A DNA stretch of 64,000 bases from Carcharhinus longimanus (GCA_030264375.1 JASCQW010000081.1:13001993-13065992), one strand, 5' to 3'; shown: positions 1 through 12,084, numbered from the stretch's first letter. Numbers and translations: made by a program. Notes: generated from the sequence alone by a model not told the origin.

Positions 1-602
1 CATAGCTCAACCCCCTCAACTCCGGTATCAGCCTAGTAAACCTCCTCTGCACTCCCTCCAAGGCCAAAATATCTTTATTTATAAATGTACCTCAACTACA
101 CCTGCAACATTTCTTCTTAAAGGGTAACCTGCTGTTCTGTGATGGTTTTGTCATAGTAAACATAGAAACGTAGAAGATAGGAGCAGGAAGAGGCCATTTG
201 GCCCTTCGAGCCTGCTCCACCATTTATTACGATCATCCAACTCAATAGCCTAATCCTGCTTTCTCCCTATAAACTTTGATCCCCTTGCCACAAGGTGTTA
301 TATCTAGCTGCCTCTTGAATAATTCAATGTTTTGACATCAATTACATCCTGTGTTAATGAATTCCACAGGCTCACCACTGTTTGGGTGAAGAAATGTCTC
401 CTCACCTCCATCCAAAATGGTCTACCCCGAATCCTTAGCCTGCGACCCTTGGTTCTGGGCACCCCCACCATCGGGAACATCCTTCCTGCATCTACCCTAT
501 CTAGTCCCATTAGAATTTTATACATCTCTATGAGATCCCTCCCTCAATCATCTGACCTCCAGTGAAAATAATCCTAACCCAGTCAATTTCTCCTAATACA
601 TC
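1..602 (-). mobile_element. CR1-clade LINE 3' fragments (HER1-like)
   Basis: ORF 304..525(-) YKILMGLDRVDAGRMFPMVGVPRTKGRRLRIRG..RRHFFTQTVVSLWNSL is the typical CR1 ORF2 C-terminus; the minus-strand 3' tail reads gggccaaatggcctc...ttctatg (152-215). Confidence 0.85.
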
Positions 603-1766
603 AGACTATGCCTGGTCTGGCCCTTCCATCTGCCTGAATTGATCCAGCAGTGTTGATTTAGCACCCATGACTGTTTACAGTACAAGAGACTGCAGCTTTA
701 ATTTCTTTTTAAAATGATGTTGCTGTTATCATTCATTTCTCTTCCTGTGCTTGTTGGCATTTTCCGTCATGGTTACAGAGACATTTTAAAATTCAGCAGT
801 TCTGCAGAAAATCTTTTGAAGAAATAATTTTGACCAGCTGGTTCTCCTGAGCTCAGAGAATTGAATTAAAACCATTGTTTTGCTCTAGCTTCTCTTTAAA
901 AAATATATTTCCGTTCCTACGTGGTCAGCATGTTACGGTGCAGAGTCTGGGTCTGGGCTTTAGTGTCCTTCAAGCTATGTGTGTTAAAACATTCAGTCTG
1001 CCAGTGCTGCCTAATTATTGTGTTGAATTTAAAATTCCAGCTTTTCAGCCTATTTTTGGTGTTTTGACTCATCCTTTTGTGATCTGGCTGGGTCCTTTGC
1101 TTTCGACTGAGTCTCGTAACAGACCTCCACATGCTCTTTTTATGATGGATTTCCTTCTACCCTTCAGCCTCCAGGCCTGTACTGGAGCTTCTTAGGCAAT
1201 TTTCAGCTGTGTCTTAGGTCTCCAAGTTAGGTGCACCTTTCTCAGACCGCAGTTTCTTTACTTCATCATTCTTAAGGATTTTGGTGTCCTCCACACCTGC
1301 TGCCACCACACTGTTCAGGTTGAATGTTGTCTCACAAAAAGGCTTGTTTGATTGAACAATAACTGTATTATTAACAGATAACTACATACATATATAAAGG
1401 ATGCAGTCCCAACTAGGTGCTAAATCTGACCTCTGACATATACACTACTGCACTTTACTATGCCTGTGCAACTCTCTACAAAATATCATAATGTGAGTGA
1501 TACCGTTCCCCAGTCCCACATTAATCCTTACAGTCCCGAACATTCTAGTCCTACAATACACACTTAATACATTGGGTTATTTTCACAGAGCAAAGGCTTG
1601 AAAAATTAACTGTAAATTGTCATTTTTCCATTTAAACCCATTTTGCAAGCTCAGCTGGATGCAATTTTTTCAAGGTCAGTTAAAACTTCGTTTTTTAACT
1701 GTAGTTTTGAGAGATAGGGTTTCGGATGAGGCCATGGAGGTAAACAAGAGTGTGAAATTTAAATTT

Positions 1767-2090
1767 GGGGTGGCACGGTGGCACAGTGGTTAGCACTGCT
1801 GCTTCACAGCTCCAGAGACCCAGGTTCAATTCCAGCCTCGGGTGACTGCCTATGTGGAGTTTGCACATTCTCCCCGTGTCTGTGTGGGTTTCCTCCAGAT
1901 GCTCCAGTTTCCTCCCTCAGTCCAAAGATGTCCAGGGTAGGCTGATTTGCCATGGTAAATTGCCCCTTAGTGTCAGGGAGATCAGCAGGATAAATATGTA
2001 GGATTACGGGTATAGGGCCTGGGTGGGATTCTTGTTGGTGCAGGCTTAATGGGCCGAATGGTCTCCTTCTGCATTGTAGGGATTCTATGA
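1767..2090 (+). mobile_element. HE1/V-SINE-like tRNA-derived SINE, CR1-type tail (tail A)
   Basis: Pol III A box tggcacagtggttag and B box ggttcaattcc; central tgtggagtttgcacattctccccgtgtc...ggtttcctcc domain; ends gggccgaatgg...gggattctatga. Confidence 0.9.
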
Positions 2091-2605
2091 AATCATCTAT
2101 GGAACCATTGCCAGACAGGAGCCAATGTAGGTCTGACAGCACATGGGCAAAGCAGCCTAACTAGCTGCAGCTCTGGAAAAAGGACAGGAATCTTTATTGA
2201 GTTCTTGGGAGATGCGGAAGTTTTCCTCTTAGCTCCACAATCACAGTGCGACTTGCTACTGTCCAAAGTCTGAACTGCCCACTGGCTTAACACAGGGGTT
2301 CCTCAGCAACCCCCAAACTAAGGTCACCAATAAATAAATAAAAACATATGCTGAGATTCTACTTTAATTGTTTTTATTGAATCGAACTTCAGAGATTTAG
2401 AAATGTCGCATGTTTCTGATGTGCATCAACCGCAACCTGTATTGGCCTGTGAGCTTTAACATAGAGAATCATCCCAAGGGAAACCTACCCAAACAAGGTG
2501 ACCAAAAGCCTGGGGGGACTTAACGAAGGAGTGACAAAGGTATTTTAGGAGGCAAAAACCATGCCGAAGGCCCAACTGGCTGAAGATGTGCCTCTTTACT
2601 CATTG

Positions 2606-2932
2606 AATCATAGAATCCCTACAGTGCAGAAGGGGGCCATTCAGCCCATCAATTCTGCTCCAACCCAGGTCCTATTCCCATAACCTCTTGTATTTATCCC
2701 ATTAATCCCTTTAACCTACACATTTTGAGGCACTAAAGGGTAATGTTTAGCACGTCCAATTCATCCAACCTGCACAGCTTTGGACTGTAGCAGGAAACCG
2801 GAGCACCTGGAGGAAACCCACTCCGACATGGGGAGAACATGCTAATTCCACACAGGGAGTGGCCAAGGCCAGAATTGAACCTTGGTCCCTGGGGCTGTGA
2901 GGTGACAGTGCTGGCCATTGTGCTAGCATGCC
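2606..2932 (-). mobile_element. HE1-like SINE, tail A
   Basis: Reverse complement of the 1767-2090 family (catagaatccctacagtgcagaag...). Confidence 0.85.
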
Positions 2933-3319
2933 ATTCTTTAATTCAGCAAAAGTCATAAGTTTCCTCTTCTGAGGAAACTTGTGATTTCACGTAAGCTGAG
3001 TTTGTGGGTGTGAGTATTCACCATCTGAAATGTGGAACGCTTGCAGATAAGCACAGGTGAAAGCACTTCTTAAAACATTGGTTTTGTCTGTATTGTGGCA
3101 CTTGGGGAATGGACTGAGCTGGAGCTAGTTTGTTTTATATTAGCAATTTCCTTGTATCTGACAGAAATAAGGCCATCATAGTCAATAGACATAAGTCATC
3201 AGTTCCCAGGGTCACTCTTATGGTATAAATTCAATAGCTAGCCTAAGGCCATTGACAGGAACTTTCATTGAAAAAACATTGCAAAGCATTGAGGAAGTAG
3301 ATATTGAAACTGAGTGGTT

Positions 3320-3660
3320 TTTCTTCGTTGAAAAGAAAAAGGTTAAGAGGAGATCTAGTAGAGGTCTTCAGAATGAGACAAAGCTGTGATAAGGTAAACC
3401 AGAGAGTCAGCATCAGCGTGCATAAATCTAATGTAATTGCCCCGAGAATGAAAAGATAGCAGTCAGGAGAGTTTTCTTTGTACACAGAGCTGTTGGTACA
3501 AGGAGTGCTCTACCAGAAACAATAACAAAAGCAAAATCACTGCAAACCTTCTAAAAAAAAGGGGCAAAATATGTGGAAAAGGAGTCAAACAAGATACAGG
3601 GAAAGGGTTGGACTGTATGATAAAATTGCAAGTTAATTCATAGACTTGGCATAAGCAGGA
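3320..3660 (+). mobile_element. Old, degenerate CR1 3' fragment
   Basis: aaggttaagaggagatctagtagaggtcttcagaat (RLRGDLVEVF-like), then weak similarity to the CR1 3' end. Confidence 0.5.
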
Positions 3661-4164
3661 GCAATTTAACCTCTTAAAATATAAAATATAAATATAAAAT
3701 TAATATAAAACTGCATATATAAATGTATTTCATATTCTTTAACGGTGCCAAATTCTAAATATTTGAATTAGCTCAACTCCATTGGTTCATCATATCTTCA
3801 TAAAACACTATTCTATTCACATGCAGCCATTATTCATTATGTCTTATTAAAAACTAATGTGGATTCCCCAGACTAAGAAGTAAAACCAATGTTCTCTGGT
3901 CACTGTACAAGGTCATTATTTTAATTCAGCTCCTGCTAATCCCCAAGGGGAATTATACTGGGTGTGGTAAATCCCCAAAGTACATAGTCACCTCCTCAGT
4001 TTGAGTGGATTTGCACCATGAGTGTACAAATGAATCCAGATTTGTGATGGGATTAGAAGCACATATATGGAGCAAGCAGAAATTCCATCACATTCCAAAT
4101 CAACCCCCATCCCAAAAATCACCCACCAGAAATCAAGCTCTGTTATAATCGTTCCACCAACATG

Positions 4165-4540
4165 ACACTGACACACTCAGGTTCCAGGGGTTCAAGACTC
4201 CCTCCAGACACAAAATTCTAGACTGGCACATCAGGGCAGCGCTAAGGGAGTGTTGCATTGTCTAGAGGAGCCATCTCTCTGATGAGACTTTAGAGAGCAG
4301 GCAAGGTTCTATCTTAAAGATCGCATAAGGAGAGAAGGAGAGATTTTCTTCAGTGTCCTGGCCAATACTCACTTCTCAATCAACATCATAAAAAGCAGAT
4401 TACTGGGCGTATCACATTTCTGGGAGCATGCTGGGTGCTAATTGATTGCTGCATTTCAAGGGATTACAAGGGATTCCATTGGTGGGGTCCTCAAGTTGGG
4501 AGAGGCACTATATAAATGCAGCTCTTTCTCTCTATCTTTC
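4165..4540 (+). mobile_element. Deu-SINE (SacSINE1/AmnSINE1 superfamily), degenerate
   Basis: gtgtcctggccaatact...tcaatcaacatcataaaaagcagatt Deu-domain-like core and ggcactatataaatgcagctctttc tail. Confidence 0.75.
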
Positions 4541-4542
4541 AG

Positions 4543-5480
4543 AGTCATGCATGAAGTATGTGCATATACAGGAAGATGTAAAAGATAATGCTGACAGCCA
4601 AGGAACCAAACCTGAGTACCTGCCACTGACTGACATGCAAAAGAAGATAGAGGAAACTAGCAATGATTTCTTCAGGATATCTACCTATTATGTTGTGTTG
4701 TGTAGAATAAGTTTAAGTTATTTCTTAGTGTCACAAGTAGGTTTACATTAACACTGCAGTGAAGTTACCGTGAAAATCCCCTAGTTGCCAGACTCCAGCA
4801 CCTGTTCGGGTACACTGAGGGAGAATTTAGCACGGCCAATCCACCTAACCAGCACATCTTCAGAACTGTGGGAGGAAACCGGAGCAGCTGAAGGAAACCC
4901 ACGGGGACACAGAGAAAATGTGCAAACTCCACACTGGCAGTGATCCAAGCCAGAAATCGAATCCGGGTCCCTGGCACTGTGAGACAGCAGTGCTAACCAC
5001 TGTGGCATCATGCCACCCTCTGTCTAGGTAGAATTGGACTTTAGGGATTCAATGTTTCATACAATAACTTTTTTGCACTAGTTTATTTTATTGGTAGATT
5101 TACGCAACCTTAAACCTTCCAAAACATTCTCGCATGGTAACCGTTCACGGTTATTTACAAACATACATTTCACAAAGACAAGACACACTTCTTGTGGAAT
5201 TTGCTTTACCTTTCTAGATTTAAGCTTATAATTAAGAGCGATATGCAGTGGCAGTATAATATTAACCTGATTTGCACTTTTTAAGATGTGCCCTGTTTAT
5301 TAATCTATGTTTTACACTGTCGTTGTGGATGTTTGTGGGTCCCACAAGATTATAATTGAGAACTAAAACATGGATTGATAAATAATGCGTATGTCGTAAA
5401 AATGTAAAGCAGGTTTGGGGCACACTTCCTCTGTTTAATTGTGATGTTTGCCCAATAAAAAATACCGTTCAAAATTCCAC
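4543..5480 (+). other. Candidate terminal exon / 3' UTR of an unidentified gene
   Basis: Pyrimidine tract + AG at 4541-4542; frame SCMKYVHIQEDVKDNADSQGTKPEYLPLTDMQKKIEE stays open; AT-rich UTR-like sequence with AATAAA at 5454-5459. Product not recognised. Confidence 0.25.
4709..5018 (-). mobile_element. HE1-like SINE with alternative tail (tail B)
   Basis: Same head and core as tail-A copies; the minus-strand 3' end reads ttcactgcagtgttaatgtaaacctacttgtgacactaagaaataactt. Confidence 0.85.
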
Positions 5481-5830
5481 ATAGGGAAGTGGTAGATTTC
5501 ATAGTGGTAGGAAAATATGAATATTATAGCAGACACAATTAATTACTACAATTTTTCCCAAGGACAATATATGATTTATTATCTTACTAAGTCTGGTAAC
5601 TGTGTTACTTTCTTAACTTCATGTATTTTAAAACTGCTATTGTTTATCAATTTAAAAAGCTACATTACAGTTTAGCCACTCATTCAGTCCCTACCTTTAT
5701 GTTTTATATTCATACTGACATCCTCTCAAAAGTGCAGGAATTAGAAATCCTGACAGTTGGTATAAGTATCATGTCCTGCCCTCGCCCAATGTCCCACACA
5801 TGCAAAGGGCCCAGGATAATGCTCAACCCA

Positions 5831-6128
5831 GTGGCACAGTGGTTAGCATTGCTGCCTCACAGTGCCAGGGACCCAGGTTCAATTCCAGCCCCAGGTCACT
5901 GCCTGTGTGGAGTTTGCATGTTCTCCCAGTGTCTGCATGGGTTTCCTCCAGGCGCTCGGGTTTCCTCCCACAGTCCAAAAAACATGCTGGTTAGATGCAA
6001 TGGCCATGCTAAGTTCTTCCTCAGTGTATCCAAACAGATGCTGGGAGTGTGGCAACCGGGGGAATTTTCACAGTAACTTCATTGCAGTGTTAACGTCAGC
6101 CTACTTGTGACACTAATAAATAAACTTT
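5831..6128 (+). mobile_element. HE1-like SINE, tail B
   Basis: A and B boxes, V-like core, ends gcctacttgtgacactaataaataaacttt. Confidence 0.9.
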
Positions 6129-6735
6129 AATTCTTACAGCCCGTTTTCATCGACCAAGCTGATGGAGTCAAGTTTAATTTTTCACGAAAGCATTTACCTG
6201 CAGGATTAAAAAGTTACTTCCAGTTCAGGAAGGGTGTTTGGAAGTAAAAGCCATTGAAGATGAGGAAACGTTTGGAGAATTTTATTTTAGTTAATAACAT
6301 ATCATTGCTTGGCACTGGAGCTTGTTTCCACTTTGAGGACAGTGAGGCAGGATTCCAGTGCAGGTACACAACAGACCGCAGTGGACAGAATGGGCAGTGG
6401 TGTATAACAAGTGACCAATCTGTTGGATGTCAGGTAGATTCAGATCCTTGCTAAAGGTGTGTCTTCCCGAGTGATCATGTGAATCACTGGTTAGGCAATG
6501 CTAAGCTTGGACTTTCAGATCATTCAGCCCCTCAAGCCTATTCCACTATTTGGTTAGATCATGGTTGAACCTTACCTCAGCTCCATCCTTGCTCCATATC
6601 TCTTGCCTAATAAAACTGTTTTGACCTCAGTCTCAAACCATCCCACTCACCCAGCTTTTGGAGAAGAGAATTTCTTGTGTGAAGAAATGCTTCTTGATTT
6701 CATTCTGAGATAGCCTAGCTATCTTCTAACATCAT

Positions 6736-6860
6736 GGGTGGGATTTTGCATGCTCGCTCGCCTTGAGACTGGAAAATCCTACCCAATGTCAACAGACATT
6801 TCCATTATCCACCCCTTGCCAGCTCCGATTCTACAGCAGGCAGGGTGATAGAACTCCGGT
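6736..6860. mobile_element. Short MITE-like element with terminal hairpin
   Basis: gggtgggatttt...aaaatcctaccc inverted repeat (6736-6784); same family at 8405, 39727 and 49870. Confidence 0.6.
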
Positions 6861-6902
6861 GCGTATCTTCTTGTACAGGACTCCCTCACAAGAGGAACTA
6901 CT

Positions 6903-8133
6903 TTTTATTCATTCATGGGACTTGGGCATTGCTGGTTGACCAGCAGTTACTGCCCATCTCTAAGTGCCCTTGAAGATCAGTTAAGAATCAAAAACATTGC
7001 TGTGGCTGTGGAGTCACATGTAGGCCAGAGCAGGTATGGATGGCAAATTTCATAGAAACTTGGAACATAGAAGATAGAAGCAGGAGGAATCCATTTGGCC
7101 CTTTAAGGCTGTTCTGCCATTCATTAAGATCATGGCTGATCATCCAACTTAATAGCCTAATCCTGCTTTTTCCCCATAACCTTTGATCCCATTCATCCCA
7201 AGTGCCATATCCAGCGTCTTGAATGCATTCAATGTTTTGTCATCAACTACTTCCTGTGGTAATGAATTCCACAGGCTCACCACTCCTTGGGTGAAGAAAT
7301 GTCTCCTCACCTCTGTCCTAAATGGTTTACCCTGAATCCTCAGGCCGTGTCCTCTGTTCTGGACTCCCTCGCCACTGGGAATATCCTCTCTGTATCTATC
7401 TTGTCTAATCCTGTTAGAATTTTATAAGTCTCTATGAGATCCCTCCTCATTCATCTGAACTCCAATGAAAACAATCCTAACGTAACCAATCTCTCCTCAT
7501 ACATCAGTTCGCCATCCCCAGAATCAGCCTGGTAAACCTTCGCTGCACTCCCTTGAGAGCAAGAACATCCTTCCTCAGAAAAGGAGACCAAAAATGCACA
7601 CAATACTCTAGGTGTGGCCTCATTAAGGCTCTGTATAATTGCAGCAATACATCCCTGCTCCTGTAGTTGAAACCCCTCACTATGAGGGCCAACACACCAC
7701 TTGCCTTCTTTACCACCTGCTGCACCTGCATGCTTACCTTCAGTGACTGGTGTACAAGGATACCCAGGTGCCCGCTGCACACTCCCTTCTCCCAATTTAC
7801 AGCTATTCAGGTAGTAATCTGCCTTTTTGTTTTTGCTTCCAAAATGAATAACCTCACATTTATCCAAATTATACTGCATCTGCCATTCATTTGCCCACTC
7901 ACCCAACCTGTCCAAATCATTCTGAAGGATTTCTGCATCCGCATCACAGTTCATCCTCCCACCCAACTTGGTATCATTTCCTTCCCTAAAGGACATTAGT
8001 GACCCAGATGGGTTTTTCCAACAATGGTTTCTTGGTCATCAGTAGGTTCTTAATTCCAGATATTTACACCATCTGCTGTGGTGGGATTAGAACCCAGGTC
8101 CCCAAAACATTAGCTGAGTTTCTGGACTAGCAG
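6903..8133 (-). mobile_element. Second tRNA-derived SINE family (…cccatgaatgaataaa tail), split by a CR1 insertion
   Basis: Halves 6903-7051 and 7976-8133 join into sequence homologous to the uninterrupted copies at 12280 and 53570. Confidence 0.75.
7052..7975 (-). mobile_element. 5'-truncated CR1 LINE (RT C-terminus + 3' UTR)
   Basis: DTKLGG..LQNDLDRLGEWANEWQMQYNLDKCEVIHFG and LYRALMRPHLEYCVHFWSP in frameshifted ORFs; flanked by atttc at 7047-7051 and 7976-7980. Confidence 0.92.
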
Positions 8134-8405
8134 TAAGAAGTCTCACAACACCAGGTCAAAGTCCGTCAGATTTATTTGGAATCACGAGCTTTCAGAGCAC
8201 TGCTCCTTCATCAGGTGAGTGGAGATTAGTTCCCAACATGACATATATAGGCAAAGACACAATTTCAAGATAATTACAAATAAGAATATGAAGAATGGTT
8301 GGAATGCGTGTCTTCACAGGTAATCAAGTCTTTACACGTATGAATAGTGTGCGTGGAGTGAGGGATAATCATAGGTTAAAGACATGTGAATTGTCTCAAG
8401 CCAGG
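8132..8405 (-). mobile_element. Penelope-like element 3' end/pLTR
   Basis: Reverse complement of 41830-42090, which follows a PLE ORF end. Confidence 0.8.
8183..8217 (-). ncRNA. Minimal type-I hammerhead ribozyme motif
   Basis: Minus strand CAC CUGAUGA A GGAGC AGU GCUCU GAAA GC UC GUG. Confidence 0.7.
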
Positions 8406-8491
8406 GTGGGGGGTGCAAACCATGCAGAGGTCCACTGACCTCAGGTGGGATTTTCCAGTTTTGGGGCAAGTGCGGCTGGAAAATCCTGCCC
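8405..8491. mobile_element. MITE-like element (truncated by the PLE)
   Basis: ggtgggattttccag...ctggaaaatcctgcc hairpin. Confidence 0.55.
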
Positions 8492-9173
8492 ATCAGGTTT
8501 AGTGTCTGAGTAAGCAGTTGGGTTCTGTGGGTCCATGCCTCCTATGAATTAAGGTAGGATTGCTGAAAGTCATTTCATGTTAGACCTTTATCTCCACCAG
8601 GGAGCAGAATTCCATCCATTCATCCAGAATGTAGTCAAACCTAAGCTGTAAAGAACATTGCTCTCTGCCAACTGCTATCCAGTAATCAGATATGAAAACA
8701 AACATTGATCAGGCTACATCATTTCAATTTTCAATTCCCTTTTATTATATTAAAAATGCAGGGCCAGGTTTTCAGTGGAGTTCTCGCGAATTAAAATCAA
8801 TTTCACGGGGATACCTCTGATGTAATTTCAGAAGCAGCGTAACATATGGGTAAATGCCTTGCAAAATTAATAAAGACTTAGCAAAATATTAAAAATTAAA
8901 AGCAAATACTGCAACAAGGGTGGATGGTATTTTGTTTACATACATTATAATAGTTTTCATTCAATTATTTGTGCAAAATTACTACTGTGACCAGCAAGAT
9001 CTACTCATTAGTGTGGCTGTATTAGCTACGAGCTTTGATGCTCAACTGCCTTCATAACAGCCCATTGTTAACATTTGCACCAGCATTCTAGATCATCTCA
9101 CCTTGACACATGAGCACAGTGACCTAGTGGTTATAATCCTGGACTAGCAACCAATGAGTTGAGCCTATGAGTT

Positions 9174-9400
9174 AGAACAAAGAACAAAGAAAATTACAGC
9201 ACAGTAACAGGCCTTTGGCCCTCCAAGCCTGCCCCGACCATGCTGCCCGACTGAACTAAAACCCCTTATCGTTTTGGGGACCACATCATTCTATTCCCAT
9301 CCTATTCATATAGTTATCAAGATGCCCCTTAAAAATCACTATCATATCTGCTTCCATTAGCTCCCCCCCCAGCAGCGAGTTCCAGGCACGCTCCACCAGT
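9174..9400 (-). mobile_element. CR1 3' fragment
   Basis: (agaacaa)n tail followed by acagcacag...ggccctccaagcctg, the reverse complement of a CR1 3' end. Confidence 0.75.
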
Positions 9401-9578
9401 TGATACGCCTATCACATCAAGTTGTAAATTTAACCCATTTGACCAGGAGAAGTAAGGTTACTAAAGAACAGTTGACTCACTAATGTCCTTCAGGTAAATG
9501 GAACAACAGCCTGCATATCGGACATTTACTGGGGTAATTTGTTCCAAAATGCTTAATGGGAGAGTTGACAAGCACATT

Positions 9579-9718
9579 AAAGCAAATTACTGTGGATGTG
9601 GAATCTGAAACCAGAAGAGAAAACGCTGGAAAATCTCAGCAGGTCTGGCAGCATCTGTAAGGAAAGAAAAGAGCTGATGTTTCGAGTCCAGTTGATTCTC
9701 CAGCATTTTCTCTTTTGA
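9579..9718 (-). mobile_element. Second Penelope-like terminus family, partly inverted
   Basis: Minus strand acagatgctgccagacctgctgagattttccagc...; inverted arms ~9611-9635 and 9694-9717; relatives at 28020-28121, 29101-29152 and 36215-36292. Confidence 0.6.
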
Positions 9719-9729
9719 TTAACAAGCAG

Positions 9730-9988
9730 AAATTGACACTGAGTCACAAAAGGAAGTTATAGAACGGATGATCAAAAGCTTGGTCATAGAATTAGATTTT
9801 AAGGACTATGTTAAGGAGAGAGGTATAGGGAGGGAAACCAAGAGTTTGGGGATCTAGCCATGTTGAAGGCACGTCCCAGAATGATGAAAGTCAGGGATGT
9901 ATAAGATGTCAGGGAAAATTCAAAGCCTGCTTGTGATGAAGACAATGAGACGGGGATGCTTTGAATGTATTAAAGAGGTGACCAGATA
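9730..9988 (-). mobile_element. L2-clade LINE 3' fragment
   Basis: gatcaaaagcttggtc..gattttaagga..ggagggaa..gagtttgggg pattern; a similar piece lies at 2460-2590. Confidence 0.5.
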
Positions 9989-10854
9989 NNNNNNNNNNNN
10001 NNNNNNNNNNNNNNNNNNNNNNNNNNNNNNNNNNNNNNNNNNNNNNNNNNNNNNNNNNNNNNNNNNNNNNNNNNNNNNNNNNNNNNNNNNNNNNNNNNNN
10101 NNNNNNNNNNNNNNNNNNNNNNNNNNNNNNNNNNNNNNNNNNNNNNNNNNNNNNNNNNNNNNNNNNNNNNNNNNNNNNNNNNNNNNNNNNNNNNNNNNNN
10201 NNNNNNNNNNNNNNNNNNNNNNNNNNNNNNNNNNNNNNNNNNNNNNNNNNNNNNNNNNNNNNNNNNNNNNNNNNNNNNNNNNNNNNNNNNNNNNNNNNNN
10301 NNNNNNNNNNNNNNNNNNNNNNNNNNNNNNNNNNNNNNNNNNNNNNNNNNNNNNNNNNNNNNNNNNNNNNNNNNNNNNNNNNNNNNNNNNNNNNNNNNNN
10401 NNNNNNNNNNNNNNNNNNNNNNNNNNNNNNNNNNNNNNNNNNNNNNNNNNNNNNNNNNNNNNNNNNNNNNNNNNNNNNNNNNNNNNNNNNNNNNNNNNNN
10501 NNNNNNNNNNNNNNNNNNNNNNNNNNNNNNNNNNNNNNNNNNNNNNNNNNNNNNNNNNNNNNNNNNNNNNNNNNNNNNNNNNNNNNNNNNNNNNNNNNNN
10601 NNNNNNNNNNNNNNNNNNNNNNNNNNNNNNNNNNNNNNNNNNNNNNNNNNNNNNNNNNNNNNNNNNNNNNNNNNNNNNNNNNNNNNNNNNNNNNNNNNNN
10701 NNNNNNNNNNNNNNNNNNNNNNNNNNNNNNNNNNNNNNNNNNNNNNNNNNNNNNNNNNNNNNNNNNNNNNNNNNNNNNNNNNNNNNNNNNNNNNNNNNNN
10801 NNNNNNNNNNNNNNNNNNNNNNNNNNNNNNNNNNNNNNNNNNNNNNNNNNNNNN

Positions 10855-11145
10855 CATTCAAAAGTCTGATGGCAGCAGGGAAGAAGCTGTTCTTGAGTCG
10901 GTTGGTACGTGACCTCAGATTTTTGTATCTTTTTCCCAATGGAAGAAGGTGGAAGAGGGAATGTCCGGGGTGCATGGGATCCTTAATGATGCTGGCAGTG
11001 GGAAGTGTAGACAGAGTCAATGGATGGGGGGCTAGATTGAGTGATGGACTGGTCTATTTTCACAACCCTTTGTAGCTTCTTGTGGTCTTGGCCAGAGAAG
11101 GAGCTGTGATACAATCAGGAAGGATGCTTTCTATGGTGCATCTGT
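10855..11145 (-). mobile_element. Rex1/Babar-clade LINE 3' fragment
   Basis: IIKDPMHPGHSLFHLLPLGKRYKNLRSRTNRLKNSFFPAAIRLLN and LYRCTIESIL peptides. Confidence 0.8.
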
Positions 11146-11170
11146 ACAAACCTATCTGGGCTCTGGGCAG

Positions 11171-11306
11171 TGAACACATAGGCCGATATTTTATCACCTC
11201 TCTCAGGCGAGGCTCATAAGACCCCGCCAAGGCCAATGGAGAACTCTGTTCTGCGAGCCCCATCCTCCCCAATTCCGGAGGGGGGTGTGCCAGTAAAATT
11301 TCGGGA
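11171..11306. mobile_element. MITE-like element
   Basis: Imperfect TIRs ggccgatatttta / taaaatttcgg, ~135 bp. Confidence 0.4.
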
Positions 11307-11790
11307 TAGCATTCAAAAGAACCGAGACCAATTAAGCGGAGGAACTAAAGAATTCCGGATGGATTTTAACATTGATCTCTACAACACAGCAGCTAACGTG
11401 AAACATATGTGCTCAGAAAGGATTTCCATTAGCAAAGGTGAACATGTAAAAGTTGAATTTGTGATTATTTTAGCCCCTGTTAAAAGCTTTTACACGATGG
11501 TTCCTTTGCTGACACAGATTGCAGAGAAACAAACATTGAGGAGATGAGACGGGTACACATTGCAGAATTTCGGTTGATTTCCCAGAGGAATCAGGTAAAT
11601 TTTTCAGATCTTCCCTTCATTGAGGTAAAGTAAAGATGACAGGAAACATGATGGGAAGATTGTTTCAGGCAGGATTAATAAATTGAATGAGATTTTCTTG
11701 CTCCACTTGGTTTATTTCCAGGAAGGTTTGTGTGATAGGAATCAAGGCACCTAATAACATTCCTCCAACCAGTACACTTCTACCTGTCGT

Positions 11791-12084
11791 ATAGAATCCC
11801 TACAGTGTAGAAGGAATCCATTTGGTCCGTCAGGTCTGCACTGCCCACAATCCCTCCCAGGTCCTCATAACCCACCTATTTACCCTGCCAATCCTCCTGA
11901 CACTCAGGGACAATTTAGCATGGCCAATCCACCTAACCCAAATGTGTGAGGAAACTGGAGCACCCGGAGGAAACCCAGGGTGGATATGCAAATTCCACAC
12001 AGACAGATACCAGAGTCTGGAACTGAACTCGGGTCCCTGGCGCTGCAAAGCAGTAGTGCTAACCACTGTGCCACCGTGCCACCC
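11791..12084 (-). mobile_element. HE1-like SINE, tail A
   Basis: atagaatccctacagtgtagaagg...ctaaccactgtgccaccgtgccaccc. Confidence 0.85.

Noticed and set aside
1326-1560. TG...CA-bounded 235-bp segment resembling a solo LTR
   Set aside because: No TSD and no second copy in the window to support it
1767-1845. tRNA-like A and B boxes at SINE 5' ends
   Set aside because: They continue into the SINE core and tail with no full cloverleaf, so they are not tRNA genes
5621-6110. Recurrent ORFs with AQWLALLPHSARDPGSIP..GFPPGAPVSSHSPK
   Set aside because: Translations of the SINE; such peptides are annotation artefacts
9897-11075. Long ORFs of 295-392 aa (and other X-rich ORFs)
   Set aside because: They are translations through N-gaps, not coding evidence
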